62,267 nucleotides of DNA from a virus, in IMG/VR virus record IMGVR_UViG_3300022902_000004, positions 1-62,267 of that record. One strand, given 5' to 3'. The translations under genes and the position numbers were made by a program. Each line of letters begins with the position of its first letter. Position 1 is the first letter of the stretch. Below the pieces are notes generated by a model. That model was not told the DNA's origin and did not search any database. It was given only the letters and a program-made list of their open reading frames with translations. Of this stretch, positions 9,459 to 18,426 are shown piece after piece.

Positions 9459-10166
9459 CTAGAATATGGAATGATTATTTATCCACTTCACGAACTTTTC
9501 AAATTCAGCTTCCACAAAAGCTTTGTTTTCCTTTGCAGGATCATCAACAATGTATGCGGTGTAACCACATTGTTCAATTTCGTGAAGTTTTATTTTATCT
9601 CTTGACTGTACTTGCTTTAGATTATGCCCTTCAAATAATTTTCTGCGATGCCAAACTCCATTCCACAAAACAGCCACCTTTTGGTTTGTCAGAATTACGT
9701 CTGCATCCCACTTGTTGAAAATAGGTTCGTTACAAAGAACGCCGCGCCATCTTCGTTGGCACATTTCGGCAAACCTGATTTCATTTTTTGAGCGTTTGGT
9801 TTCTTTTTGAGATTGAACTGATTTTCGGCCAGCCTCAGACGCACTCTTTTTGTTTCGTGCATAATTCGGATTCTTTGGATTGAATTGCCAACTATACCGG
9901 CACTTTGAACCGCATGTTTTTTGATTTCGCAATGACCATGAAACACGATATGAATCAGAGCAAACAGGACAAATCTTGTCAACAAACGAAACGCCTTTCG
10001 GGTTTCGTGGATCTCTTTTTTTGCCTTTTAATTTTATGCTAATTTTTTCGTTTATATTTTTTCTGTTTTTACTTGTTGAAAAAGAATGTGCGCAGTTTGA
10101 ACTACAAAACCTACCTGATCCGTATTTTCCATTATGACGATGACAGCATTTTTCACATATATTCAT
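9459..10166 (-). CDS. Zn-finger + Vsr/DUF559-like endonuclease
   Basis: CEKC..H.GKYGSGRFC N-terminus; SKNE..WDADV..VAVLWNG.WH..D..K. Confidence 0.7.
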   Translation of the reverse strand: MNICEKCCHRHNGKYGSGRFCSSNCAHSFSTSKNRKNINEKISIKLKGKKRDPRNPKGVSFVDKICPVCSDSYRVSWSLRNQKTCGSKCRYSWQFNPKNPNYARNKKSASEAGRKSVQSQKETKRSKNEIRFAEMCQRRWRGVLCNEPIFNKWDADVILTNQKVAVLWNGVWHRRKLFEGHNLKQVQSRDKIKLHEIEQCGYTAYIVDDPAKENKAFVEAEFEKFVKWINNHSIF

Positions 10167-10225
10167 ATTTACCTCAAATATAAATATCGCGCTCCATTCG
10201 AACTGAACCGTTTTCCGCTACTATT

Positions 10226-10302
10226 TGGTACGGGTGGAGGGACTTGCACCCACTGTCTTCCAGATATAAGCTGGGAGCATTTACTGCTTATGCTACACCC
10301 GC
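10226..10302 (-). tRNA. tRNA-Ile(UAU), copy 1
   Basis: Loop CTTATAT; T-loop TGCAAGT; CCA. Confidence 0.8.
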
Positions 10303-10316
10303 GCTATATCAACCTA

Positions 10317-10568
10317 TTAGCCTTGACTTGCCGTGTCAGTTCCTGTTGCATCATCCGCGAGTGCAACGACATCATTTGGCACCACGATGTCATCAACGAC
10401 CGTAACATCCCCTGGAAGTGAAACGCTATCTGTTGATTGCGAACTCACGTCACTCACCACCTCAATCGAGCCGGCGTCTGGCGTTGGGGTTGCCACGCCT
10501 GACGAACACGCCAAAAACAAAGAAACCAGCGCCATCGAAAACATTTTGTAGTACTTATTCATATTCAT
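10317..10568 (-). CDS. Putative small lipoprotein
   Basis: Signal peptide with FLAC lipobox, acidic S/T/D tail. Confidence 0.55.
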   Translation of the reverse strand: MNMNKYYKMFSMALVSLFLACSSGVATPTPDAGSIEVVSDVSSQSTDSVSLPGDVTVVDDIVVPNDVVALADDATGTDTASQG

Positions 10569-10659
10569 CCTTTTTGTTAGGAGGAGACACAACTTGTTCC
10601 CCTCGCTATGATAGTGTATCTATTTTTGTTTGATTGTTCAGTGAATTAGAGAGAAATTG

Positions 10660-10739
10660 CGGCACCCTCGATTGGAGTCGAACCAACATGTATCCAGTTA
10701 CTCTTTCAACAGCTTAGGAGGCCGAGGAGATACGAAGGC
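10660..10739 (-). tRNA. Atypical tRNA-Arg(CCU)-like RNA without canonical D-arm
   Basis: Acceptor GCCTTCG/CGAGGGT, CGGC-CTCCTAA-GCTG, normal T-arm; D-loop-like TAACTGGATA lies 3' of anticodon arm. Confidence 0.6.
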
Positions 10740-10745
10740 AATTTT

Positions 10746-10836
10746 TGGCGGAAGATAACGGATTCGAACCGTATACCTTTCACAAGGTACCAATCGCTTA
10801 GCAGGCGATGCCAACTCCAAAGTTGGATTATCTTCC
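10746..10836 (-). tRNA. tRNA-Ser(GCU)
   Basis: ATCGC-CTGCTAA-GCGAT; long variable arm; GCCA. Confidence 0.9.
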
Positions 10837-10842
10837 GTAGTT

Positions 10843-10929
10843 TGGTGGTGGGACAAGGAATCGAACCTTGCTGCCCTTTCGGGAACGGAGTTACAGTCCA
10901 TCGCAAACACCAGTTTGACCATCCCCACC
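10843..10929 (-). tRNA. tRNA-Tyr(GUA)
   Basis: ATGGA-CTGTAAC-TCCGT; variable arm; ACCA. Confidence 0.9.
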
Positions 10930-11442
10930 AATTGTTCGTGTGAAATAAAATTGTTTCCAGTCGTCGCCTACGTAATCTTCAAAACTTATTAATTCGCTCG
11001 GTTTCACAACCCCTGAGTGTACCAAACGATGACAGTTTGGGCAAATATGTGACAAGTTTGAATGCAGGTTTAGCCCTCCTTTGCAAACTGGAATGATATG
11101 ATGTAAATCGCAACTTACGCCTTCAACAAACCAACCACACCTTGAGCATGGCAGTCCCATTCGAATCAAAATCTTCTTTGCGGTTCGTGAACTTACATTA
11201 TAAATTGTTGCAAGCGCTGCTTTTCGTGAATACACGGCATGTTTTTTGGCGACTTTACGTAGATTGCGCTCTTCTTTTGTATATCCTTTTTTAAGAGCTA
11301 AACTAACACGAGTGTTAATGTCAGAACGTTTTGCTTTTGTTGAAAAACCTCTCGCACACTTTTGATTGCAAAAACGGCCTGTGCCATACAATCCATCATG
11401 TTCTTCTTCACACATTTCACATATTTTCATAAAGTTCTCCAA
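10891..11442 (-). CDS. HNH endonuclease
   Basis: CSRCGW..DLHHIIP..GG.N..SNL..ICPNCH; stop codon in tRNA-Tyr anticodon loop. Confidence 0.85.
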   Translation of the reverse strand: MENFMKICEMCEEEHDGLYGTGRFCNQKCARGFSTKAKRSDINTRVSLALKKGYTKEERNLRKVAKKHAVYSRKAALATIYNVSSRTAKKILIRMGLPCSRCGWFVEGVSCDLHHIIPVCKGGLNLHSNLSHICPNCHRLVHSGVVKPSELISFEDYVGDDWKQFYFTRTIGGDGQTGVCDGL

Positions 11443-11534
11443 TACATATAAGTATCTTCGAACCTAAAAAATGGTCAAATCATTTACAGTTCTTGCATTG
11501 AAGCGGGGTTGGTGTTCCCCGCCTTATGAATATA

Positions 11535-11562
11535 TTATACCACAACTCTTCATTCTTTACAC
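11535..11562 (-). promoter_or_regulatory. Recurrent sigma70-like promoter GTGTAAA-N~15-TGnTATAAT (representative of about 18 copies)
   Basis: Similar copies near 6181, 14183, 21330, 28147, 30299, 30948, 32163, 35426, 39714, 42265, 43459, 45276, 46870, 47977, 50535. Confidence 0.75.
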
Positions 11563-11580
11563 CTAAATTGATGAAAACGT

Positions 11581-11901
11581 TTACCCGGCGACGAAGGCAA
11601 AATCAATCGCTTCATCAATAGCGTCATTGTCATATCCACCGGATCTGTAGTAATCAAATATGTCGGTAACAGTGACTGTGCCCTCACCTTGGAGAAACAA
11701 TTCGTAAACCACTTCTCTTAGGTCTTCATTCGTGATCGGAGGCGTATCTTCGTTTTCTGCGTACTCGGGATCATTCGCATAATCTTCGTCTGTGTACTCA
11801 TCATCCTCGTCAGGATCATACCAATCACCGTCGTCTTTCATTGCTTGGGTGTAGGTTTGCTCGCGGATGAGGGTCTGCAATTGTCGTTTAGAGATCTTCA
11901 T
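11581..11901 (-). CDS. Leader-family acidic protein
   Basis: MKISKRQLQTLIRE. Confidence 0.7.
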   Translation of the reverse strand: MKISKRQLQTLIREQTYTQAMKDDGDWYDPDEDDEYTDEDYANDPEYAENEDTPPITNEDLREVVYELFLQGEGTVTVTDIFDYYRSGGYDNDAIDEAIDFAFVAG

Positions 11902-11904
11902 GGA

Positions 11905-12171
11905 TTAGTCCCAGCTATTTCGCATCAATTGACGTCTTTCACGTGGGGCATCGTCCCAGTCACCGGAATCACCTGAGCTGTAATCGCCCGGGTCGTCATC
12001 ATCGTCATCATACAGGTCGTACCCATATGGATCCGGGTCGGCCATTGCGTGGTACTCACGGGGAGTTGCCTCTGTTGGCGGAAGCGGCTCATCCATGTAA
12101 TCACCATGTTGTTCGGCGAGCCTGACGGCTTCCTTGATGATTCTTCCCAATTGTCGTCGTGTAATTTTCAT
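11905..12171 (-). CDS. Leader-family acidic protein
   Basis: MKITRRQLGRIIKE; RBS GAGG; ATAGTTA motif upstream. Confidence 0.7.
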   Translation of the reverse strand: MKITRRQLGRIIKEAVRLAEQHGDYMDEPLPPTEATPREYHAMADPDPYGYDLYDDDDDDPGDYSSGDSGDWDDAPRERRQLMRNSWD

Positions 12172-12225
12172 TTGTACCTCTGTGTCTATAACTATCTGAC
12201 AGCATGGGAATAGCCACAATATTTT

Positions 12226-12303
12226 TGGTCCGTGTGGAGGGATTCGAACCCACGACTTCTGCGGTATGAACACAGCACTCTGGCCAGACTGAGTTACACA
12301 CGG
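12226..12303 (-). tRNA. tRNA-Met(CAU) (elongator or Ile2)
   Basis: CTGTG-TTCATAC-CGCAG; ACCA. Confidence 0.85.
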
Positions 12304-12307
12304 GACG

Positions 12308-12562
12308 TTATTTTGTATGGTATTTGATTACAGGCTCTTCGTCAGGCCAAGTACAATCAAAGTTTGGACATTGCTTTTTATATTTCGCAGAGAAGAGGTG
12401 CCCATTTGAACATTTATATGACGATGTGATTGTATTACCATCATGATGATGATAACTGCCTTGGGCATCATGGTGCGATGAAAACCACATTAATGTGCTG
12501 GTACCACCGCATGATGTCACTTTGCTTTTCAGCCCTTCGTCTTTACATTTCTGGCAAATCAT
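12308..12562 (-). CDS. Small Cys/His-rich protein
   Basis: CQKC, HHHD, CSNGH, CPNFDC. Confidence 0.55.
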   Translation of the reverse strand: MICQKCKDEGLKSKVTSCGGTSTLMWFSSHHDAQGSYHHHDGNTITSSYKCSNGHLFSAKYKKQCPNFDCTWPDEEPVIKYHTK

Positions 12563-12571
12563 TTCTTTCCT

Positions 12572-12645
12572 TAGAGCCTCTAGAGGGATTCGAACCCACA
12601 TTTTCTGATTACGACACAGAAGTACTGCCGTTATACTATAGAGGC
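12572..12645 (-). tRNA. tRNA-Thr(CGU)
   Basis: Loop GTCGTAA; CCA not encoded. Confidence 0.8.
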
Positions 12646-12834
12646 GGCTTTTAGTCTTTCAATTTCTGCATGGAGTTCCGCGACTTCAAGGTTTCTAGCC
12701 TCGAGTTGAATATTCAGGAGTACGTTTACCTGCCTGAGCTCTTCAAGCTCTCGTGCCGGTGAATACCCGATCGGTGTCGGCAGGATATTCGTTTGCGTTG
12801 TTTTAGCAAGATTCGGGTTTTTTCTATTTCTCAT
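12631..12834 (-). CDS. Small coiled-coil protein
   Basis: Overlaps endonuclease 3' end; stop codon inside tRNA-Thr. Confidence 0.4.
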   Translation of the reverse strand: MRNRKNPNLAKTTQTNILPTPIGYSPARELEELRQVNVLLNIQLEARNLEVAELHAEIERLKAASIV

Positions 12835-13621
12835 TTGCTACGCCGAAATTAGGGTTTCGACTTTCATACATTGTCTTGAAATCTTTTCCATACTTTGCGA
12901 TGACATAATCAAAAATCGGCTGCATTTCATTTCCATAAAGTACCTTGATTGGACCTTTGAACTGACTTAGCTTTGCTTTCCATTGCTCTGTCACGTATCC
13001 TTTGATTTCAACGATTTCATTGTCAACAATGAAGTCTGGTGAATACTTTCGTTTTTTACCTTCGAGCTCATATTCATATGCCTTTTTGTTTCGGGCAATC
13101 TGAATGTTATGCTCCACACAGTAAATCACATATGCTAATTCCCATGTACTATCACAAAAAATTCCTTTGTACCATCCGGAATGCCCTCTCCCTCCGCCTC
13201 GTTGGTATCCACCCCTTGGTGACGTCAGGTGCGATTTCTTGACCGCGGCTGATAATCTTGCTCGGTAACTTGGATCCTGGCATTGGCATTTTTTTGAACA
13301 GAACTTTTTGACTGATGTTACTTTCACCGTGAACGACTTATTACATGTTTTGCATTTTCGTTTCTCTCTCGCTGTTTTCAATTTGCCCTTTAGGGTCTTC
13401 GCTGTTTTCCTCTTTGAGGCTGCTGTTCTTTTCCTACCCCGCAGGTTGAATGATGCAGCGCATGATTTTCCGCAAAACTTTGCTCGCCCATAAATGGCTT
13501 TCTTGCATTTAGGGCACTTATGTTTCTGGGCCGGATTGGAGTGGCATGCCTTTTCATGTCGTGATAGACATGACACATCAATCTTTCTTGAACAATACAC
13601 ACATGGTTTTTTCGCTCTCAT
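12824..13621 (-). CDS. Zn-finger + PD-(D/E)xK putative homing endonuclease
   Basis: GWYKGIFCDSTWELAY...YSPDF..IVEIKG. Confidence 0.8.
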   Translation of the reverse strand: MRAKKPCVYCSRKIDVSCLSRHEKACHSNPAQKHKCPKCKKAIYGRAKFCGKSCAASFNLRGRKRTAASKRKTAKTLKGKLKTAREKRKCKTCNKSFTVKVTSVKKFCSKKCQCQDPSYRARLSAAVKKSHLTSPRGGYQRGGGRGHSGWYKGIFCDSTWELAYVIYCVEHNIQIARNKKAYEYELEGKKRKYSPDFIVDNEIVEIKGYVTEQWKAKLSQFKGPIKVLYGNEMQPIFDYVIAKYGKDFKTMYESRNPNFGVANEK

Positions 13622-13676
13622 GTGTATAAGTATGCTCGTAAATGTATTCTAACCTAAAAACCTTTCGTTCGATTGT

Positions 13677-13755
13677 TGGAGCCCGTGGCAGGATTCGAAC
13701 CTGCAACTGACCGACGTTCGTAGCGTCGCGCTCTAATCCGTTGAGCTACACAGGC
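13677..13755 (-). tRNA. tRNA-Arg(ACG)
   Basis: CGACG-CTACGAA-CGTCG; CCA. Confidence 0.9.
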
Positions 13756-13761
13756 ATGTTT

Positions 13762-14079
13762 TTACTTCTTTTGATGTTTCCGTGTGTGACGATCGAGTTC
13801 ATTTACTATTTTTGCACATTTCTTCGACTCATGGTTGGCAATAGTGCAGGTATCATTCATTTTTAGGCAAATCTGATAAACACGAGGGTGGTCGCGATCC
13901 CTTGCTAAAAGACACCGGGCGATTGCATCGTCACATTTTTTTAGTTCCTTCTCCGCAGTTTTTATGCATTTTTCAAGCTTTTTCGCAATACGATTTGTTT
14001 TTCGGTCAGCATGCACCGACACAGGAATGAAGGCTATCATTAGCATGATTGCTATAAATCGAGTAAGCTTGTTTTTCAT
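13762..14079 (-). CDS. Secreted Cys-rich hypothetical protein
   Basis: Signal peptide ending VHA. Confidence 0.55.
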   Translation of the reverse strand: MKNKLTRFIAIMLMIAFIPVSVHADRKTNRIAKKLEKCIKTAEKELKKCDDAIARCLLARDRDHPRVYQICLKMNDTCTIANHESKKCAKIVNELDRHTRKHQKK

Positions 14080-14094
14080 AACCTTCCTGTTTGT

Positions 14095-14171
14095 TGGCAG
14101 AGGGTGTGGGAATCGAACCCACCGCATGGAGATTTGGAGTCTCTATCGCCTGCCTTGGTACATGACCCCCT
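14095..14171 (-). tRNA. tRNA-Trp(CCA)
   Basis: Loop CTCCAAA; GCCA. Confidence 0.85.
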
Positions 14172-14217
14172 ATCGTATTCTAATTATATCACAAATTTTC
14201 GTTCTTTACACGTTGAC

Positions 14218-14535
14218 TCAGGATACATTTATCACCTCGATGGCATTCGTGAATTTCCTGCCGTGGTATTTTTCAATTTCTTCGATGAGCGTCAGCCCCT
14301 CAGTGTGCGGCCCACGATATACCTGCTCGGGAAATGCTCCGAACAAACCCTCTCCTTGCATTAGATCGAGGTTGATGATTGAAAACCCGTCGTAACCCGG
14401 ACCAGGACAGAAATGATTGTATGTTGCCATGAACTCATCTTTTTCGATGTGGCACGTACCCCAATCTTTGTCTTCCCAGGTGCTAAAGTAGAGATATTCA
14501 ATCCCATACTTGATTCTGTGTCTCGTGATTTTCAT
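14218..14535 (-). CDS. Hypothetical protein
   Basis: ORF with RBS. Confidence 0.55.
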   Translation of the reverse strand: MKITRHRIKYGIEYLYFSTWEDKDWGTCHIEKDEFMATYNHFCPGPGYDGFSIINLDLMQGEGLFGAFPEQVYRGPHTEGLTLIEEIEKYHGRKFTNAIEVINVS

Positions 14536-14544
14536 ATCAGGTTC

Positions 14545-14754
14545 CTAACTGAACTCATTCATGTAGTGGTATATCACACTATGAAACGTAATTTCGTTGT
14601 CAGCATAACGTCGCTGCCGACAAAGTGGATAATCCTCACACTCAAAATAGCCTTGCTCGCCCGAGTTTGAAAACCACGCCATCCACACGTCGGCGGCTTC
14701 CTGCGATGGGAACTTCAGCGAAACTGTCACTTCTTCTTTTGGTTCGGTCATCAT
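14545..14754 (-). CDS. Hypothetical protein
   Basis: ORF following tRNA-Leu. Confidence 0.5.
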   Translation of the reverse strand: MMTEPKEEVTVSLKFPSQEAADVWMAWFSNSGEQGYFECEDYPLCRQRRYADNEITFHSVIYHYMNEFS

Positions 14755-14763
14755 CTTCTCCGT

Positions 14764-14849
14764 TGGTACTCCCGGGGGGACTCGAACCCCCACTCCGTAA
14801 GGAACCCGGGTCTAAGCCGAGCGCGTCTGCCAATTCCAGCCACGGGAGT
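14764..14849 (-). tRNA. tRNA-Leu(UAG)
   Basis: CTCGG-CTTAGAC-CCGGG; variable arm; ACCA. Confidence 0.9.
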
Positions 14850-14911
14850 GCTGTTTATTTATCTTCCCATTTGGGTTCTAACGTCTTCTGAACGCCAAGT
14901 ACGAGGTTGTA

Positions 14912-15199
14912 CTACAACGTCGCCTCGGCGAACTCTTTTTCAATCTTGTCCATTTTCTTTCTTCGTTCTGAGTTTGCCTTGTCGAGGGCGCCCAGGACAG
15001 CGTTTTTCAGGTTTTCATCACTGTTTTCAAAATAGCCTAGGTAGCCTGTCAACTGAACATAAAAGCCTGGGCGGGCGTAATTCTCTTGCACGATGATTTG
15101 CGAACCACCGTAAAATGTTGCCCTGGCACCGTCTTCGCCGACCCACTTTACGTCGGGAAATAACTTCTCAAGTTTTGCCCGAATCTTCTTGCTTTTCAT
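14912..15199 (-). CDS. Hypothetical protein
   Basis: RBS GAGG. Confidence 0.55.
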   Translation of the reverse strand: MKSKKIRAKLEKLFPDVKWVGEDGARATFYGGSQIIVQENYARPGFYVQLTGYLGYFENSDENLKNAVLGALDKANSERRKKMDKIEKEFAEATL

Positions 15200-15214
15200 A
15201 GTGTACCTCGTATT

Positions 15215-15342
15215 TGTGAAGTGTGGGAATCGAACCCACAGGCGCTGCCGCTATTTGTTGCTAATTTTTTTATGTCGGCTTGCACGACTCTCCTACCAAG
15301 GTCAATTGGAATCGAACCAAAAACCCAGCCATTTCGCTTCAC
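15215..15342 (-). ncRNA. tRNA-like RNA with two T-arms
   Basis: GTGAAG/CTTCAC termini; TTGG-TTCGATT-CCAA and GTGGG-TTCGATT-CCCAC; no anticodon arm. Confidence 0.45.
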
Positions 15343-15344
15343 GT

Positions 15345-15420
15345 TGGACGGGGAGGTGGGACTTGAACCCACAACCTCTTCATTCAGAGTGAAGCGTTCT
15401 GCCAATTGAACTACTCCCCA
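15345..15420 (-). tRNA. tRNA-Gln(CUG)
   Basis: CTTCA-CTCTGAA-TGAAG; CCA. Confidence 0.9.
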
Positions 15421-15429
15421 GTTATTTGT

Positions 15430-15503
15430 TGGACGGGAATTCGGGGGTCGAACCCGAGTCTGAAGAACCAAAATCTTCTGTGCTGCCCTTACACGAATCG
15501 CGA
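15430..15503 (-). tRNA. tRNA-Gln(UUG) with mismatched acceptor stem
   Basis: GAAGA-TTTTGGT-TCTTC; acceptor TCGCGAT/ATTCCCG. Confidence 0.7.
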
Positions 15504-15536
15504 ACTCTTCGTGAGCGAGACACGCATACGAAGAAA

Positions 15537-15689
15537 ATTGTGCACTCGGATTTGAACCGAGAGTGTGCTACTCCATCAACCTAGGTAGCACGGATGAGTT
15601 TCGCCATGAGGTTGTTGGTGACTGACTGGCTCAGCACCTTTCATGTTGGCTAGATCTTATCCCTGTATGCCAATTCCAGCATACACAAT
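15537..15689 (-). ncRNA. tRNA-Leu-like RNA with ~70-nt extended anticodon arm
   Basis: Acceptor ATTGTGT/GCACAAT, Leu-type D-arm, long hairpin instead of anticodon loop, variable stem GTGCTAC/GTAGCAC, T-arm; no CCA. Confidence 0.6.
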
Positions 15690-15693
15690 TTCC

Positions 15694-15770
15694 TGGCCCT
15701 CCGGGACGGAATTGAACCGCCGACGCTCGGTACTTCACACCGACGCTCTACCTAACTGAGCTACCGAAGG
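15694..15770 (-). tRNA. tRNA-Phe(GAA)
   Basis: TCGGT-GTGAAGT-ACCGA; GCCA. Confidence 0.85.
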
Positions 15771-15777
15771 ATTGTTT

Positions 15778-15993
15778 CTAACTTTCTGTTTCTGCCAATT
15801 TCAGCGCCCTGGCGTCAAATGACTCTTCATAACTTGCCGAGGGATCCGAGTATTTGTCCTCTGCAAACCACTTGCATTTTACCCTAAACGATGGTGTTCC
15901 GGTCCCGGTGGGATGCTTTTCATCGATTGTCATGAGGGGTCCGCCAGATTTCAGGCTCACCACGTCTCCAACTTCTAATACTTTGTCGCTCAT
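15778..15993 (-). CDS. YodC/DUF2158-family protein
   Basis: VGDVVSLKSGGPLMTI...CKWF. Confidence 0.8.
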   Translation of the reverse strand: MSDKVLEVGDVVSLKSGGPLMTIDEKHPTGTGTPSFRVKCKWFAEDKYSDPSASYEESFDARALKLAETES

Positions 15994-15996
15994 TGT

Positions 15997-16215
15997 TTAT
16001 CCTTTCTCGTTGTACGGGTCGTTTTCCCCGATTTTTCGCAGTGTTTTTGCTGGAAACACTTTTTGATATGGTGCGCACCCTGCGAACCAGTCACAACGCA
16101 CGACCGTCATCGAGTTCGGCCGAACGGGCTGTGTTATAAGTGCAGCAGTCATTTTCGGACCTCCGGATTTTAGTTGAACAGTATCGCCCACCTTGATTTC
16201 ACTTGACTCAGTCAT
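15997..16215 (-). CDS. YodC/DUF2158-family protein (tandem paralog)
   Basis: VGDTVQLKSGGPKMT...CDWF. Confidence 0.8.
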   Translation of the reverse strand: MTESSEIKVGDTVQLKSGGPKMTAALITQPVRPNSMTVVRCDWFAGCAPYQKVFPAKTLRKIGENDPYNEKG

Positions 16216-16273
16216 TCTTTGCTCCTTGTATGCATAGATTATATTGCAAATTGCTATGGTTTACAATAATTTC

Positions 16274-16365
16274 TGGCGGAAGTGGGCGGAGTCGAACCCC
16301 CAAGGCCCCGCAAAGGGCTCGTCGCTTTTCAAGAGCGGTGCAGTCACCTGTCTGCTTGCACTTCC
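16274..16365 (-). tRNA. tRNA-Ser(UGA)
   Basis: Loop CTTGAAA; long variable arm; GCCA. Confidence 0.85.
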
Positions 16366-17090
16366 GTTGTTTCAATTTTTATGATGTCACTTTCAAATAA
16401 GACATTGAGCTTATAAGGAAAATCCCTCCACTTACATCGATCTCTTTCGGTTTCATAACCTTTTATCTCAATGAACACACCAGCTTCAGGAAGGTAAAAA
16501 TCAGGAATGTATTTTCTTGTTCTTCCATTTTCATCGACATATTCAAAACTTTTTGAGTTTCGTTGCCAATCAATTTTCTGATTGTCCAATAGCACAGCAT
16601 ACCTTTTCTCGTATGTGCTATCAAGCCAAACTCGACCGGCAATATTAGATTCGTGCCAGGAACCTTTTCCTACACCCGATCCTGTTCTATACCCACCGGC
16701 ATTGGGATTTTTCTTCATCGTTTCAGATATCTTCGCTCGTCGCAAAATTTCTGCTTCGGGAGTTGATGCCTTGCCGGTGGATTTTCCTTTGAGTGCCGCT
16801 GAAATCTTGGCTCGGGTTGAATCGGGAACCGGTAAGCCTTTGTTCCATCCTCGTCCTTTTCCTGCATGTTTTCCTCCTCGACGGTGGGCACCTGGGCCTT
16901 TGCCATCGCAGATTTCGACATGCCTTTGTCGACGTGAATGAATATGCTTAGAGCATTTTGGGCATGTCCACGACTTTCCTCTGGCGTTTTTACTGGCCCG
17001 GGTTGTCCCGATACCACGACACACTTTTTGGTGATTTGTTAGCCCTGCTTTTGATTTTAGCTGGCGATTACATTTGTTGCACGTTTTCAT
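16344..17090 (-). CDS. NUMOD3-like + PD-(D/E)xK putative homing endonuclease
   Basis: TRAKISAALKGK repeats; LDSTYE..YIPDFYL..FIEIKG; stop codon in tRNA-Ser. Confidence 0.8.
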   Translation of the reverse strand: MKTCNKCNRQLKSKAGLTNHQKVCRGIGTTRASKNARGKSWTCPKCSKHIHSRRQRHVEICDGKGPGAHRRGGKHAGKGRGWNKGLPVPDSTRAKISAALKGKSTGKASTPEAEILRRAKISETMKKNPNAGGYRTGSGVGKGSWHESNIAGRVWLDSTYEKRYAVLLDNQKIDWQRNSKSFEYVDENGRTRKYIPDFYLPEAGVFIEIKGYETERDRCKWRDFPYKLNVLFESDIIKIETTEVQADR

Positions 17091-17145
17091 GTGTATAAGT
17101 ATCTAGTCCAAGTCAAGACCTCCACCATAAACCACTCGAACAACC

Positions 17146-17613
17146 CTAAAACTTGATTTCCATTTTAGCTTTCTTGATTTTCTCTTGATATGATTTAACA
17201 CGCTTGGCAAAATGGTATTCGAGCTCAGACGCGTACCCGGTATCCCAAAGAGTTGAGCCTCCTGTCGACTCCGGATCCATCCAGAACTTCAAGCACTTCT
17301 TTTTGCTCTTTTTCATCTCGGCAACGGTACCATACCCAAGGCAAAGCTGGTCGTCAGAGAACGGGTTTTTCTGGGGGCACTGGAGATAAGCCTCCTCAAA
17401 GGCATCCCACATTTCACGGGCCTCGATGGCCTCATTTTTGGATGCTTTTGAGTCTTTGTGGTAGCGCCTATAAAGCTCATTTGCATGAGCGCTATGGGGA
17501 TCAGGATCTTGGCCCCACCCGGGCGTGAAAGGTTTCTCACCATATTTGCGACATAGCGACTCGTACTCTCTAATATCATCCGCATGTGCTGATTTACCGC
17601 AACCCATAATCAT
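17146..17613 (-). CDS. Hypothetical protein
   Basis: ORF with RBS. Confidence 0.55.
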   Translation of the reverse strand: MIMGCGKSAHADDIREYESLCRKYGEKPFTPGWGQDPDPHSAHANELYRRYHKDSKASKNEAIEAREMWDAFEEAYLQCPQKNPFSDDQLCLGYGTVAEMKKSKKKCLKFWMDPESTGGSTLWDTGYASELEYHFAKRVKSYQEKIKKAKMEIKF

Positions 17614-17641
17614 CTCCGTCTTAGTTATTCATCATCGTTTG

Positions 17642-17717
17642 TGGCGTAACATGCAGGATTCGAACCTACGATCTCGGCTTTTCGGGCCGCGCTTTAACCA
17701 GACTAAGCCAATGTTAC
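17642..17717 (-). tRNA. Atypical tRNA (GAA anticodon, 4-bp anticodon stem, C33)
   Basis: GTAACAT/ATGTTAC-GCCA; CGGC-CCGAAAA-GCCG. Confidence 0.55.
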
Positions 17718-17805
17718 TAACCCATTACAGGGTTGACCGGTGGCCACCGGCCTGAAAAACAAATGGAATCGGTCATGAATCTCATCCATTTGAATCGTTC
17801 GCTAC

Positions 17806-17889
17806 ATGATTTTGCCGGTTTCGAACCGGTCTTCGGGCTCCAATGCTGTATGCTTAGCCCGCGTGCCGCCAAATACACCTCTTATCATG
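17806..17889 (-). ncRNA. tRNA-like element with 16-nt anticodon loop
   Basis: D-arm GTGT/GCAC, stem CGGGCT/AGCCCG, T-arm CCGG-TTCGAAA-CCGG, closing CATGAT/ATCATG. Confidence 0.5.
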
Positions 17890-18142
17890 CAGTTTTCAGG
17901 AAACCGCTCTCGAATCACCCAATTTGCTTTTACCGAAATTGCCTGTCAGGCGTCACACCTGCTCTACGTTTTTATAGCTTACAACATTGTTACGCGTTCG
18001 GTTACTTGCAAATCTTCCTCTTCGTGCGCTCTTCCTTACACTGTTTTGTCTGTACGAATCACCGGTACGTTACGCCGGACTAAGAGCCTCCATGGCCCAC
18101 GTGCAATTACGATTTGTCACACTCTTTCATTCGTTTCTATGT

Positions 18143-18229
18143 TGGTCGTAAGCAGAGGATTTGAACCTCGCCATCGACCCGCCGCGACCGGCTCGGGTAT
18201 CAACTAGGTCAGAAATGCTTCACTTTACG
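18143..18229 (-). ncRNA. Degenerate tRNA-like RNA ending ACCA
   Basis: T-arm GAGG-TTCAAAT-CCTC; CGTAA/TTACG termini; no standard D or anticodon arm. Confidence 0.4.
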
Positions 18230-18267
18230 TAATGCTCCGTAAATCTGCCTTGTCACTCGCGGTTGTT

Positions 18268-18423
18268 TGGTACTGCAAAGTGTGCTGTTATGCTAAAATA
18301 GAGGCTCTTAAGTTTGCACCCCCGCTCCCATCCTTCACCACGCCAACATATGCTGTACCGGCGCCGAATGGCATTGTGTAATCATTAAGGGATGGATACT
18401 TCTAATCCTACCCGCTTTGCAGT
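18268..18423 (-). ncRNA. ~155-nt structured RNA with 9-bp terminal stem and ACCA end
   Basis: ACTGCAAAG/CTTTGCAGT-ACCA; internal CCATCC/GGATGG. Confidence 0.45.
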
Positions 18424-18426
18424 TTC

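Noticed and set aside
10698-10931. Small ORFs over tRNA genes (also 15196-15471, 24101-24364, 26588-26791, 38567-38770)
   Set aside because: Chance frames across tRNA sequences.
15215-15342. tmRNA
   Set aside because: Too short, no G3-U70 alanine acceptor and no tag reading frame.
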